Translations under genes and position numbers: made by a program
The notes under the pieces: model-generated
Databases searched by the model: none
What the model was told of the DNA's origin: nothing
What the model saw: only the letters and a program-made list of their open reading frames with translations
Shown: piece after piece, positions 27,069 to 37,337 of the stretch
Layout of the letters: each line of letters begins with the position of its first letter
Position numbering within the stretch: the first letter of the stretch is position 1
DNA from: an uncultured Acidobacteriota bacterium
Lineage (GTDB): Bacteria > Acidobacteriota > Thermoanaerobaculia > Multivoradales > DATKCC01
Direction of reading: 5' to 3'
NCBI GenBank assembly: GCA_963739795.1
Contig: CAVUBL010000004.1
Span: forward strand, 79,328 to 143,327
DNA length: 64,000 bases

Positions 27069-28118
27069 CTACGCCCCGGTCTTCGGATCCCAGAGGTCTC
27101 TGAGGTGGTCGCCCAGGAGGTTGAAGGCGAGGACCGCCAGGACGATGGCGAGGCCGGGGAAGGTGGCGACCCACCAGGCGGTGGTGAGGACTCCGCGGCC
27201 GTCGGCCACGATGTTGCCCCAACTCGGGGTCGGGGGCTGGACGCCGAGCCCGAGGAAGGAGAGGGCCGACTCGGCGAGGATGACGTTGCCCACCGCCAGC
27301 GTCGCTTGGACCATCACCGGGTTGAGGGCGTTGGGCAGCAGGTGCCGGAGGAGGACGCGGGCCGGGTGCATCCCCAAGCCCCGGGCCGCGAGCACGAACT
27401 CCCTCGTCTGGAGGCCCAGGATCTCGGCGCGGACCAGGCGGCTGACGGGCATCCAGGAGGTGGCGGCGAGCACCAAGATGACCAGGGCCGTCGAGGGCCG
27501 GAAGAGGGCCGTGAGGGTGAGGACCAGGAACAGCCAAGGGAACGCCAGCAGGGCGTCGACCCCGCGCATCAGGACCGCATCCAGCAGCCGCGGCCCGGTG
27601 GCGGCGACGGAGCCCACGAGGAGCCCCACGGTCATGGCCAGGCCCACGGTGAGCAGGGAGATGGCCAGGGAGATCCGCGCGCCGTAGACGATGCGCGAGG
27701 CGAGATCGCGTCCGAAGCCGTCGCTGCCCAGGAGGAAGAACCTGTGGTCGGCGACGCCGTCCGGAGTCAGGTTGGTGATCTCGGCGGCGGGATAGAAGGT
27801 CTCCTTGCCGAGGCGCTCGACCCACAGGCCGTCCGAGGTCCGGCGCACCCGGTCGGCCAGCAGCCCGCGGCCCTCGGTGAGCTTCACCGCCGCCAGGTTC
27901 GTGCCCGGCGGGCGGTACTGGCCGGCGGCGGCATCGAATTGCTGGTCGGGATCGTAGGGAGCGATCCAGGGCGCGGCGAGGGCGACCGCCGCCAGCACCG
28001 CCACGAGCAGCCCGCCCGCAGAGCGCGCCGCCCGCCGCCAGGCTCCGGGTCGGCTCGTCGATCCGCCGTCGGCCCGCCGCCGGCTCGCTCGGGCTTTCCG
28101 GGTCTCAGTCGCGAGCAT
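27069..28118 (-). CDS. Peptide/nickel ABC transporter permease (DppC/OppC-like)
   Basis: LGSDGFGRD, RHLLPN, ESALSFLGLG, PSWG. Confidence 0.92.
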   Translation of the reverse strand: MLATETRKARASRRRADGGSTSRPGAWRRAARSAGGLLVAVLAAVALAAPWIAPYDPDQQFDAAAGQYRPPGTNLAAVKLTEGRGLLADRVRRTSDGLWVERLGKETFYPAAEITNLTPDGVADHRFFLLGSDGFGRDLASRIVYGARISLAISLLTVGLAMTVGLLVGSVAATGPRLLDAVLMRGVDALLAFPWLFLVLTLTALFRPSTALVILVLAATSWMPVSRLVRAEILGLQTREFVLAARGLGMHPARVLLRHLLPNALNPVMVQATLAVGNVILAESALSFLGLGVQPPTPSWGNIVADGRGVLTTAWWVATFPGLAIVLAVLAFNLLGDHLRDLWDPKTGA

Positions 28119-29079
28119 CGCGCACCCGCGGGTCGGCCGCCGCGTGCAGCACGTCGGCCAGGAAGTTGCCCGCCACCACCAGGGCGGCGGTGAGAGCCGT
28201 GACCGCGAGGATCACGGGGTAGTCGCGAGCCAGGATGGCCTGGTAGGCCGTCCGCCCCAGGCCGGGCCAGGAGAACACCACCTCGAGGACCAGGGAGCCG
28301 TTGAGTAGAAAGGGCAGGGAGAGCCCCAGGAGCTGGATCACGGGGACGAGGGCGTTGCGCAGGGCGTGCACCCATACCACCCGCCGCTCGGAGAGGCCCT
28401 TGGCCCGCGCGGTCCGGATGTAGTCCCCCTCGAGCGCTTCGATCATCCGGTTGCGCACGAAGCGTACCGTGGCCCCGGCCGAGGCCAGGCCGAGGACCAG
28501 CGCCGGCAGCACGAGGTGGCGAAGCAGGTCCAGGAACGAGGCCCAGGGGCCGAGGGTTTCCGAGGCCACCGAGTGGATGTGGCTCGCCGGCAGGATCGGC
28601 CAGGTGAAGGCGAAGAGGAGGATCGCCATCAGCCCGAGCCAGAAGAGGGGCATGGAGAAGAAGAGCAGGCTGCCGATCCGAAGGACGGCGTCGAGTGGGC
28701 CTCCCCGCCGCCGCGCGGCGACCACGCCCAGCGGCACGCCGACCAGGTACTGGACCCCGAGGGCTCCTGCCGTGAGGATCAGCGTGGGCCCCAGCGCCTG
28801 GCCCAGGATCCGGGTCACCGGTCGTCCCTGGGAGATGGAGATCCCCCAGTCCCAGGAGAGGACGACGGCCTTGAGCCAGAGCAGGTACTGGACGACGAGG
28901 GGCCGGTCGAGACCGTAGACCTGGCGCAGCCGGCGGATGCTGGCGGCCGTCGCCCGCTCGCCGGACAACATGATGGCCGGGTCGCCGGGGAACAGATGGA
29001 TCAGGAAGAAGGTGAGGGTGAGGATGAGCAGCAGCAGGAGGATCGCCGCGGCCAGGCGGCGGATGAGCAGCTTCCCCAT
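28105..29079 (-). CDS. Peptide/nickel ABC transporter permease (DppB/OppB-like)
   Basis: PGDPA, GLDRPL, YIRTARAKGL, HALRNAL, RDYPV. Confidence 0.93.
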   Translation of the reverse strand: MGKLLIRRLAAAILLLLLILTLTFFLIHLFPGDPAIMLSGERATAASIRRLRQVYGLDRPLVVQYLLWLKAVVLSWDWGISISQGRPVTRILGQALGPTLILTAGALGVQYLVGVPLGVVAARRRGGPLDAVLRIGSLLFFSMPLFWLGLMAILLFAFTWPILPASHIHSVASETLGPWASFLDLLRHLVLPALVLGLASAGATVRFVRNRMIEALEGDYIRTARAKGLSERRVVWVHALRNALVPVIQLLGLSLPFLLNGSLVLEVVFSWPGLGRTAYQAILARDYPVILAVTALTAALVVAGNFLADVLHAAADPRVRDARD

Positions 29080-29094
29080 GGGGTCTCGGTCGGC

Positions 29095-30885
29095 CTAGCT
29101 CGGCGGCTCGAGCCACCACAAGCGCAGGTACCAGAAGGCGCTGAGGAGGTTCGGGTGGGTGCCGTGGAGCCGCCGGCTGACCCCGTTGACGCGCTTCGAC
29201 TCCCACATGAAGGTCATGGGCTGGTCGCGGTGGATGATCTGCTGGAGCCGGAGCAGGATCGGCTTGGCGTCCGCCAGGTCGGAGAGGGCCTCCATCCGGT
29301 CGATCAGCCGGTCTACCTCGGGGTCCGAGTAGGCGGAGAAGTTCTCGCCCCCGTCGCCGATCTCGCTGGTGTCGAAGGCGTAGCGCATGTCGAGGCTGGT
29401 GGGCATGCCCCAGGCGGTGAGGACCGCATCGAAGTGCTGGTTCTGGACCAGGTTGGTCATGGAGTTGAACTCGACGATCCGCGGCCGGGCCTGGATGCCC
29501 ACCTTCTTGAGCTGCGCCTGGATCATCACTACGGCGTTGATCCGCTCCTGGTTGCCCTGGTTGGTCATCAGCTCGAAGGCGAAGGGCTGGCCGTCCTTGT
29601 CGATCACCCCGTCGCCGTCGTGGTCGGTCCAACCGGCTTCGGCGAGCAGCTTGCGAGCCCGCTCGGGGTCGTAGGGCCAAGCCTTGAGCGAGGTGTCGTG
29701 CGCCCAGTTGTTGGCGACGATGGGCGAGGTGGCGAGCCGGGCCCAAGGGCCCCACAGGGCGTCGATGATTCCCTGGCGGTCGATGGCCATGGTGAGGGCC
29801 TGGCGCACCCGGCGGTCGGCGAAGAGCGGGCGCTTGATGTTCCAAGCGATGAAGGAGTAGAGGCGGTGCCAATACGCCTCGACGCGCAGAAGCTTGGAGG
29901 CCTCGACGCGAGGAATGTCCTGGATCGGGAGCTGCTCGACGAACTGGAGGTCGCCGGCCAGGAGCTGGTTGACCTGGTTGCTCTTCTCGGGGATCAAACG
30001 GTAGACCACCCGGTCGAGCCGCGGGAGCTCGGGGTCGAAGTAGTGCTCGTTGCGGACCAGGACGAGCTCCTGCTGCGGGGTCCAGTGCTCCAGCTTGAAG
30101 GGACCGTCGACCACCATGGTGCGGAGGAACTCGTCGGAGCTCTGGCGCCACCGGGAGAACGGGATCTTCCCCCAGGTGTGCTTGGGCAGGATGAGTCCCT
30201 CGCAGGTCGTGTTGAACTGGCTGGGGCTGACCTTCGTGTAGTGGAACCGGACGGTCAAGGGGTCCACGACCTCCACGTCCTGGATCGAGTCCTTGAGGTA
30301 GGCGGCGGGCCAGGCGACGCTGGGGTCGGTCTGCGCCTGCCAGGAGAAGCGCACGTCGTCGGCGGTGACCGGCACGCCGTCGCTCCACTCGACGTCGTCG
30401 CGCAGGTGGAAGGTGAGGGTCAGGTGGTCGTCCGACCAATCCCAGGCGCGTGCGAGCTCCGGGTCCCAGGTGGGGGGGTGGTCCTCGGAGTTCGGATTCT
30501 CTTCCGCCAGGTGCAGGAACATCTGGAAGAGGACGTCGGTGAGGCCTCGGGTGTTGGTGGCCGTCAGCTCGTTGACACCGTCGATGTCGCTGATCGTGCC
30601 GACCACCACCGTGCCGCCGCGGACGGGTGTGGTGGGAGTGGCGGGTGCCGCCGGCGCGGCGTGCTCCGCGACGGGGGTGGCGGACGGAGGCGATTCGGAG
30701 CTGGGGCCGCACCCAGCGAATGCGGCGAGGAGGGGGAGGGCGAGGCCCAGGGCGAGGGCACGAAGGGCGCGGCTCCTCGCTCCTCGCCCCGCCTTTGCCG
30801 TCTCGACCCCGGGATCCACCCCGCGAGCCCCTTGCGCGCGCCGGCCTCGTACGGCCGCGCGGACTCCTAGCTCGTCTCCTGTCAT
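29095..30885 (-). CDS. ABC transporter substrate-binding lipoprotein (family 5)
   Basis: Lipobox-like FAGC; WSDGVPVTADDV, VRQALTMAIDR; the start may be further downstream. Confidence 0.9.
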   Translation of the reverse strand: MTGDELGVRAAVRGRRAQGARGVDPGVETAKAGRGARSRALRALALGLALPLLAAFAGCGPSSESPPSATPVAEHAAPAAPATPTTPVRGGTVVVGTISDIDGVNELTATNTRGLTDVLFQMFLHLAEENPNSEDHPPTWDPELARAWDWSDDHLTLTFHLRDDVEWSDGVPVTADDVRFSWQAQTDPSVAWPAAYLKDSIQDVEVVDPLTVRFHYTKVSPSQFNTTCEGLILPKHTWGKIPFSRWRQSSDEFLRTMVVDGPFKLEHWTPQQELVLVRNEHYFDPELPRLDRVVYRLIPEKSNQVNQLLAGDLQFVEQLPIQDIPRVEASKLLRVEAYWHRLYSFIAWNIKRPLFADRRVRQALTMAIDRQGIIDALWGPWARLATSPIVANNWAHDTSLKAWPYDPERARKLLAEAGWTDHDGDGVIDKDGQPFAFELMTNQGNQERINAVVMIQAQLKKVGIQARPRIVEFNSMTNLVQNQHFDAVLTAWGMPTSLDMRYAFDTSEIGDGGENFSAYSDPEVDRLIDRMEALSDLADAKPILLRLQQIIHRDQPMTFMWESKRVNGVSRRLHGTHPNLLSAFWYLRLWWLEPPS

Positions 30886-31049
30886 GTGGGATCCCGCACG
30901 AATCGTACCCGGCGGGGAGCGGGCCGGTCAACCGCGGCGAAGGGGCACCGGCCGCCGGTCGGCCCGAGACCAGGGCGCCCCGCTCCCTTTCCGGAAGCGG
31001 GGCGCCTTCAGTCCCGAGACGTGGCGAGCGCCGGGAGCGCTCGGGCCGG

Positions 31050-31499
31050 TCAGGAGATCTCGATCTTGCGCGGCTTCGCCTCCTCGACCTTGGGCACGTC
31101 GATGCGCAGGACGCCGTCGGCAAACGTGGCCTTGACGCCGTCAGGCCGGACGTTGGCCGGCAGATGGAAGGAGCGGTGGAACGCGCCGTAGGCGCGCTCG
31201 AGCCGGTGGTAGCTCTCGCGGGACTCCTCGTCGGCGAAGAGGCGCTCGCCTCGGATCGTCAGCACGTTGTCCTCCAGCGTGATCTCCACGTCCTTCTTCG
31301 ACAGGCCGGGCAGCTCCGCATAGAGCACCAGCCCGTCGGCGTTCTCGGCGATGTCGACAGGCGGCATCCAGCGCCGGCTCGACACCTCTTCGCCCTGCTC
31401 GGACCCGACCAGGTCGCCGAGGGCCTGGTCGATCAGGCGGTTGACGCGGTGGTGCAGCACGTCGCCTGCGGGGCTCCAGCGGGTGACTCCTCTGCTCAT
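31050..31499 (-). CDS. Small heat shock protein (Hsp20/alpha-crystallin)
   Basis: PPVDIAE, AELPGL, ERAYGAFHRSFHLP, DGVLRI; GGAGGAG RBS. Confidence 0.95.
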   Translation of the reverse strand: MSRGVTRWSPAGDVLHHRVNRLIDQALGDLVGSEQGEEVSSRRWMPPVDIAENADGLVLYAELPGLSKKDVEITLEDNVLTIRGERLFADEESRESYHRLERAYGAFHRSFHLPANVRPDGVKATFADGVLRIDVPKVEEAKPRKIEIS

Positions 31500-31683
31500 G
31501 TCTCTCTCCTCCTTCGCGGTTCCGGTGAGTGGGACGGGCCGTTCGCTCGGACCGTCGATGTCCCAAGCATGAGGACACAACGCTAAGATATTAGGTCAAA
31601 TTCCCCGAGTATCCACGAAACTTAGTTGAACTGACTCATATCGAGAGGCGCTGGTCACCTCGGCCCGGTGCTATTCTCGTGAC

Positions 31684-33225
31684 GTGCTCCGCTCGTCTCG
31701 AAAGCCCTCCAAGACCACGGCACGCCGCCTGATCGTGCCTCTGGTCCTGCTCGGGCTGATCGTGGTCCTGGACCTGGTGCTCTTCGGGTGGCTCATCTTC
31801 CGTTCTCTCTCCCAGCGGGAGATCGAGCAGGTGCTCTTCGAAACCCGCCAGGAGGCGGAGGACATCGCGGGCCGGATCGCCAATCGCGCCTCGACCGAGG
31901 GGGCCGACCTCTACACCGTGATCGCCGTCGAGCGCGACACCCGGACCTACATCAGCTCGGTCCTCCGCCAGCGCGGGATCGTCAGCTCGGTGAAGGTGTT
32001 CGACAAGGACGGCACACTGGTCTACGAGGCCACCGGCGAGCTGAAGAAGCCCGTCGACGGCGGGCCGGTCGTGGACCTCGACCGCCCCAGGGAGTTCCCG
32101 GGCGAGATCCACACCGACGAGGAGACGGTCAAGAGCTCCAAGTACCAGGTCGAGGAGCCCATCGGAAAGTTCGGGGTGGTGCGCATCGGGATCAGCGAGG
32201 AGGACCTCCAGGCCCGGATCGGGGAGCTGCGCCGAGACCTGATCGGCCAGACCGCGACCCTGGGAGTGGTGACCATGCTGCTCCTGACCGGCGCCTTTCT
32301 CCTCATCTGGGCCCTGATGCGGCGCAGCCAGCGCCTCGAGGAGCAGGCCGCCGAGGCTGAGCGCATGGCCTACATCGGGACCCTCGCCTCGGGCCTGGCA
32401 CACGAGATCCGTAACCCCCTCAACTCCCTCAACCTCAATATGCAGATGCTCGAGGAAGAGATCGACACGGGAGGCGGCGCGGCACCGCCCTCGGGCGGCC
32501 GGCTCCTGGGCATCACGCGGCGGGAGATCGCCCGCCTCGAGCGCCTGGTGACCGACTTCCTCTCCTACGCCCGGCCGCGGCCCTTGGATCTCGAGGAGGT
32601 GCCGGCCGCGGGGCTCCTCGAGCAGGTCCACGAGCTGCTCGCCGGCGAGGCGGCCAGCCGAAGGGTCGCCCTGGCGGTGGAGGACCGCAGCGGCGGGGCC
32701 TCCGTCCGGGCCGATTCGGGCCAGATGCGCCAGCTTTTGCTCAACCTGGCCCAGAACGCGCTCACCGCCGCCGAAGAGGTGAGGCGGGGCGACGGCGGGC
32801 GGCGGCCGCGGGTGGTGCTGGCAGCGGAGCGTCGCGGAGGCTGGGTGGACCTGCTCGTCGAGGACGACGGCCGAGGGATTCCGCCGGAGGATCTGGACCG
32901 GATCTTCGACATCTTCTTCTCGACGCAAAAGGGGGGCACCGGGCTGGGCCTCGCCATCGTCGACCGCATCGCCCGCAACCACGGCGGCACCGTGGAGGTG
33001 ACCAGCGAGGTGGGAGTGGGAACGACGGTGCGGGTGTCGCTGCCGGCGGCCGGTGAGGCGGTGCGCGAGGGCGAGCCGGAGGAAGCCGAGGAGACCGAGG
33101 TCCGGAGCTGGCTCGAGACGCGCCGGGGAGGGCGGCTGCGGGCGGAAGCCCGAAACGAAGAGCCCCGCCCGGGAAGGCGGGGCTCTCGAACCGCGCCCAA
33201 GAGCCTGCACGGCGGAAACACGTAG
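31684..33225 (+). CDS. Membrane-bound sensor histidine kinase (no adjacent response regulator)
   Basis: Two TM helices, LAHEIRNPL, NLAQNA, DDGRGI, GTGLGL. Confidence 0.9.
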   Translation: MLRSSRKPSKTTARRLIVPLVLLGLIVVLDLVLFGWLIFRSLSQREIEQVLFETRQEAEDIAGRIANRASTEGADLYTVIAVERDTRTYISSVLRQRGIVSSVKVFDKDGTLVYEATGELKKPVDGGPVVDLDRPREFPGEIHTDEETVKSSKYQVEEPIGKFGVVRIGISEEDLQARIGELRRDLIGQTATLGVVTMLLLTGAFLLIWALMRRSQRLEEQAAEAERMAYIGTLASGLAHEIRNPLNSLNLNMQMLEEEIDTGGGAAPPSGGRLLGITRREIARLERLVTDFLSYARPRPLDLEEVPAAGLLEQVHELLAGEAASRRVALAVEDRSGGASVRADSGQMRQLLLNLAQNALTAAEEVRRGDGGRRPRVVLAAERRGGWVDLLVEDDGRGIPPEDLDRIFDIFFSTQKGGTGLGLAIVDRIARNHGGTVEVTSEVGVGTTVRVSLPAAGEAVREGEPEEAEETEVRSWLETRRGGRLRAEARNEEPRPGRRGSRTAPKSLHGGNT

Positions 33226-33261
33226 TCGCGCGCTACCGCGGCGCAGGCTCTGGCGAGCTCG

Positions 33262-33711
33262 TCAGTTGATGGCGATCTTGCGCGGCTTGGCTTCCTCGGC
33301 CTTCGGTACCTCCACCGTCAGGATGCCGTCCTTGAAGGACGCCTTGACCCCCTCGGCGTTGACCTGGCTCGGCAGCGAGAAGGTGCGCAGGAACGTTCCG
33401 TACGACCGCTCGATGCGGTGGTAGTTCTCCTCCTTGGCGTCCTTCTCGAACCGCCTCTCACCGGACAGCTTGAGGAGGTTGTTCTCGAGGGTGATCTCGA
33501 TGTCCTTCTTGGTCAGGCCGGACAGCTCCGCCTCGACGAAGAACGCCCCATCCGTCTCGCGGATGTTGACCAGGGGCATCCAGGCGCGGTTCGACACGTC
33601 CTCGCTCGGCTGCAGCGCCTCGCCGAGGAACGTGTCCATGAAGCGGGTGAAGGGGTCGCGGGTGGTGAACAGGGTGGTTGCTGGGTTCCAGCGGGTCAGG
33701 GCGGTGCGCAT
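33262..33711 (-). CDS. Small heat shock protein (Hsp20), second paralogue
   Basis: PLVNIRE, ERSYGTFLRTFSLP, DGILTV. Confidence 0.95.
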   Translation of the reverse strand: MRTALTRWNPATTLFTTRDPFTRFMDTFLGEALQPSEDVSNRAWMPLVNIRETDGAFFVEAELSGLTKKDIEITLENNLLKLSGERRFEKDAKEENYHRIERSYGTFLRTFSLPSQVNAEGVKASFKDGILTVEVPKAEEAKPRKIAIN

Positions 33712-33856
33712 CGTAGTCTCCTTGGTTTCGTGGTGTCCTGCGAACGATCCTCGCTATTGAGCTGGCGTCGAATCATCGCGGCCCCGGAGCCTCCTCCGGG
33801 GCCTCGGTCAGCGGAGGGGGTCGTCTCGGCGGGCACCGCCCTTCGCTGACGTTTTT

Positions 33857-33885
33857 ATTATAAGACACGACTCAGATGTTGTCAA
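33857..33885 (-). promoter_or_regulatory. Perfect consensus sigma70 promoter for the second hsp20
   Basis: Minus strand TTGACA-N17-TATAAT. Confidence 0.85.
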
Positions 33886-33981
33886 GGCTCTCCCTGGCCG
33901 AGGGTCCATGATCTGAGTGAATCAAGCTAAGGTGCTCTCGATGATATCGTCCGGGGCGAGGGAACGCTGGGGAACCGATCG

Positions 33982-34146
33982 ATGGACATTCCCGACTACG
34001 TGATCTGCCTCAACTGCGAGACCCCGACCTACATCTTCGAGTGGCGCGACGGGAAGGTCCTCGAGGCCCTCTGCGAGGTCTGCGGCAACGATGACCCGGA
34101 GGAGTTCCTGTCGCCGTCGGAGCTGGACGAGCTCTCGGGAGACTGA
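33982..34146 (+). CDS. 54-aa CxxC...CxxC zinc-ribbon microprotein (absent from the ORF track)
   Basis: MDIPDYVICLNCETPTYIFEWRDGKVLEALCEVCGNDDPEEFLSPSELDELSGD*; strong GC3 bias; ends 3 nt before the next gene. Confidence 0.8.
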   Translation: MDIPDYVICLNCETPTYIFEWRDGKVLEALCEVCGNDDPEEFLSPSELDELSGD

Positions 34147-34149
34147 GCC

Positions 34150-34782
34150 GTGACCCCCACCGAAGGCATCAGCGCCCCGCGCCCGCGGCTCCACGTCGGC
34201 TGCGGCCGGGCTCGTCTCGAGGGCTGGGTCAACATCGACGCCCAGGACCTGCCCGGCGTCGACGTAGTGGCCGACGTGACCGGCGGCCTCGACTTCCGAG
34301 ACTGCGAGGCCGTCTACGCCGAGCACTTCCTCGAGCACCTGCGGATCGACAGTGCTCTGGACTTCCTGGCCGAGTCCCGGCGGGTGCTCGGGGACGGCGG
34401 CCTGCTCCGGCTTTCGACCCCCAACCTCGACTGGGTCTGGACCACCCACTACGGCGTCGGCGGAGCGCCGGAGCTGAAGTGCGAGATGGCGATCCAGCTC
34501 AACCGGGCCTTTCACGGCTGGGAGCATCAGTTTCTGTGGAATCGCGAGCTCCTCACCGAGGCCCTCGGGGCCGCCGGCTTCACGGATCTCGAGTGGTGCC
34601 GGTACCGGGAGAGTCGCCACGAGCTGTTTCGCGGGATCGAGCGCCACGAGACCTATCCCGACAACGACGACCTGCCCCATGTGCTGGTCGTCGAGGCGAC
34701 CCGCGGTCCCGAGCAACCGGAGCTCCTCGTCGCCCTGCGCGCCCGCGTCGACCGGGACTTCCTCGCCCACATGAAGGGTTGA
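34150..34782 (+). CDS. SAM-dependent methyltransferase-like protein
   Basis: LHVGCG, GWVNID, AEHFLEH, RLSTPN. Confidence 0.85.
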   Translation: MTPTEGISAPRPRLHVGCGRARLEGWVNIDAQDLPGVDVVADVTGGLDFRDCEAVYAEHFLEHLRIDSALDFLAESRRVLGDGGLLRLSTPNLDWVWTTHYGVGGAPELKCEMAIQLNRAFHGWEHQFLWNRELLTEALGAAGFTDLEWCRYRESRHELFRGIERHETYPDNDDLPHVLVVEATRGPEQPELLVALRARVDRDFLAHMKG

Positions 34783-34807
34783 CTCCGCGGGTGGGCAGTG
34801 TTAGCTT
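34779..34807 (+). promoter_or_regulatory. sigma70-like promoter for the rplU operon
   Basis: TTGACT-N17-TAGCTT with an extended TG. Confidence 0.55.
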
Positions 34808-34871
34808 TGGCGGTCCGCGCCCGGCGCGGTCCCTCGATCTTCCGACACGGCAATCCCAGGAGTGTGCTGAT

Positions 34872-35183
34872 ATGCAGGCGGTCATCGAAACGGGTGGAAA
34901 ACAGTACCGGGTCGCACCCGGCGACGTGATCGACGTCGAGCTTCTCGGCGACCCCGCGGAGGGCTCCGAGGTCACCTTCGACCGGGTCCTCCTCGTCCAC
35001 GGCGACGACGGGGTGAAGACCGGCGAGGCGCTCTCCGGGGCCAAGGTCCAGGGCGTGCTCGTCGGCGAGGTCGCCGGACCGAAGGTGCGAGTCTTCAAGT
35101 TCAAGCGCCGCAAGGGCTATCGCCGCACCACCGGCCACCGGCAGGGCTACCACCGCGTCCGCATCGAGGACATCGCGGTCTGA
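34872..35183 (+). CDS. rplU: 50S ribosomal protein L21
   Basis: MQAVIETGGKQYRV...KRRKGYRRTTGHRQ. Confidence 0.97.
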   Translation: MQAVIETGGKQYRVAPGDVIDVELLGDPAEGSEVTFDRVLLVHGDDGVKTGEALSGAKVQGVLVGEVAGPKVRVFKFKRRKGYRRTTGHRQGYHRVRIEDIAV

Positions 35184-35243
35184 ATTCGAACCCGAATCCT
35201 GGCGGGGGGCTCCGGCCCTCGACCAGAGCGAGGAAGCGACGTC

Positions 35244-35501
35244 ATGGCTCACAAGAAAGGACAGGGCTCCAGCCGCAACGGCCGCGACTCCAACCCGCAG
35301 CACCTCGGGGTCAAGGCTTTCGGAGGCCAGAGCGTCTCCGGCGGGGCGATCATCGTCCGCCAGCGCGGCACGAAGTTCTTCCCCGGCGACAACGTCGGCC
35401 GGGGCAAGGACGACACCCTCTTCGCCAAGACCGACGGCACGGTGCAGTTCCGCAACCGGGGCCGCCGCGGCACCTTCATCAACGTCATTCCCGCCGAGTA
35501 G
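35244..35501 (+). CDS. rpmA: 50S ribosomal protein L27
   Basis: [16 protein letters not shown]...IVRQRGT. Confidence 0.98.
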   Translation: MAHKKGQGSSRNGRDSNPQHLGVKAFGGQSVSGGAIIVRQRGTKFFPGDNVGRGKDDTLFAKTDGTVQFRNRGRRGTFINVIPAE

Positions 35502-35552
35502 GCTCGGCGGGCTCCCCGAGGGTGGGATCGCTCCCGCCTGCCGAGAGGCCCC

Positions 35553-36701
35553 GTGCACTTCCTGGATGAATCGGTGATCCACGTCCAGGGCGGTGGCGGC
35601 GGGAACGGCTGCCTGGCCTTCCGGCGGGAGAAGTACGTTCCTCGGGGCGGTCCGTCCGGCGGCGACGGCGGTCACGGCGGCGCCGTCTGGCTGGTCGGCG
35701 ACAGTTCCCTCAACACCCTTTTCCACCTGCGCTTCCGCCAGCTCTACGCGGCCGAGCGCGGGCGCCACGGCGAAGGCTCGAACCGCACCGGCCGGAGCGG
35801 GCAGGACCTGGAGATCCCGGTGCCTCTGGGCACCCAGGTCTACGACGCCGAGGGGGACGCGTTCCTGGGGGAGACCCTGGAGGAGGGCGCCCGGCTCCAG
35901 GTGGCCGCCGGCGGGTTGGGCGGCCGGGGCAATAGCCGCTTCAAGAGCTCGACCAACCAGGCGCCGCGCCGGTTCGAGCTGGGCGGGGAGGGCGAGGAGC
36001 GCCACCTGCGCCTCGAGCTCAAGCTGCTCGCCGACGTCGGCCTGGTCGGGCTGCCCAACGCCGGGAAGTCGACCCTGATCAGCAGGGTCTCCGCGGCTCG
36101 GCCGAAGATCGCCGACTATCCGTTCACGACGCTGGTGCCCCAACTCGGAGTGGTGGACCGGGGGCCCGCCGAGCGGCCCTTCGTGATCGCCGACCTGCCG
36201 GGCCTGATCGCCGGTGCCGCCAAGGGCGCGGGGCTGGGCCACCAGTTCCTGCGCCACGTAGAGCGCTGCCGGGTGCTGGTGCACCTGGTGGACCTCTCGG
36301 CCGAGGGCGACGCGGGAGCGGACTTGGAGACGGTGGAGGACGAGCTCGAGGCCTTCGACCCGGACCTGCTGACGCGGGAGCGGCTGGTGGTGGGGAGCAA
36401 GCTCGACGCGGCGCGGGGCGAGCGGCGCGAGGCGCTCACGGCCGCGGCCGAGCGCCGCGGCCTGCCGTACCTCGAGGTGAGCGCGGTCGCGGGAGCCGGC
36501 CTGCCGGAGCTGCTGGGCCGCGTCGGCGCCGCCCTCGACGCCCTCCGCGCGGCCGAGACCCCGCCCCCGGCCCCCGACGACGACACCCCCTGGCACCACC
36601 GCGGCTTGACTGGATCCCCCCCGCAACCCCTCGATCCCCTTCCCTCCCCCGAGGGGGGAAGGGGACGCCTCCACCCCGATCCTCGTCGGAGGGGCAGGCC
36701 C
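35553..36701 (+). CDS. obgE: GTPase ObgE (no in-frame stop; reads into nadD as assembled)
   Basis: [35 protein letters not shown]. The Obg-like sequence ends near 36600. Confidence 0.93.
36613..36677 (+). repeat. REP-like palindromic element, family P, in the obgE-nadD junction
   Basis: CCCCTCGATCCCCTTCCC...GGGGAAGGGGACGCCTCCACCCC. Confidence 0.75.
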
Positions 36702-37337
36702 GTGGAGGGGGAACGCCTCGGCATCTTCGGTGGGAGCTTCGACCCGATCCACCGTGGCCATGTGCGTCCCGTTCAAGAGGCCCGCCGCCGCTTCGGCCTC
36801 GACCGGGTGATCTACCTCCCGACCGCCAACCCACCCCACAAGCAAGAGCCCGAGACCGCTCCCCTGGCGCCCGCCGCGGCGCGCTACGCCATGGTCGAGC
36901 TGGCCCTGCTCGAGGAAGAGGGTCTCTACGTTTCGGACTACGAGCTGCGTCCCGGCCGCCCGAGCTACACGGTGGAGACCCTGGAGCACTTCGCCGCCCG
37001 GGACCCGGCGGCGGAGCTGTTCCTCCTCGTGGGCTCCGACGCCCTGGCGCAGCTCCACACCTGGCGCCGCTGGCGGGACCTCCTGGAGCTCGCCCACCTG
37101 GTAGTCCTGACCCGCCCGGGTAACGAGATCGCCCGGCTCCGGCCCGACCTGTTGCCGGAGCTCCGGGAGCGCCTCGACCGGGGCGCCATCGACGTCATCG
37201 AGGACGTGCTGGTCGACGTCTCCTCGACCGGCATCCGGACCCGCCTGGCCGAAGGCGAGAGAGACGAGGCCTGGATGGAGCACTGGATGCCTTCCCTGGT
37301 GGTACACTACATCGAGAAATACGCCTTCTATAGATGA
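36702..37337 (+). CDS. nadD: Nicotinate-nucleotide adenylyltransferase
   Basis: [28 protein letters not shown]; own GGAGG and GTG start. Confidence 0.93.
   Translation: MEGERLGIFGGSFDPIHRGHVRPVQEARRRFGLDRVIYLPTANPPHKQEPETAPLAPAAARYAMVELALLEEEGLYVSDYELRPGRPSYTVETLEHFAARDPAAELFLLVGSDALAQLHTWRRWRDLLELAHLVVLTRPGNEIARLRPDLLPELRERLDRGAIDVIEDVLVDVSSTGIRTRLAEGERDEAWMEHWMPSLVVHYIEKYAFYR

Noticed and set aside
27069-30885. Peptide ABC cluster lacking ATPase genes
   Set aside because: ATPase subunits are often encoded elsewhere, so this is not informative from one window.
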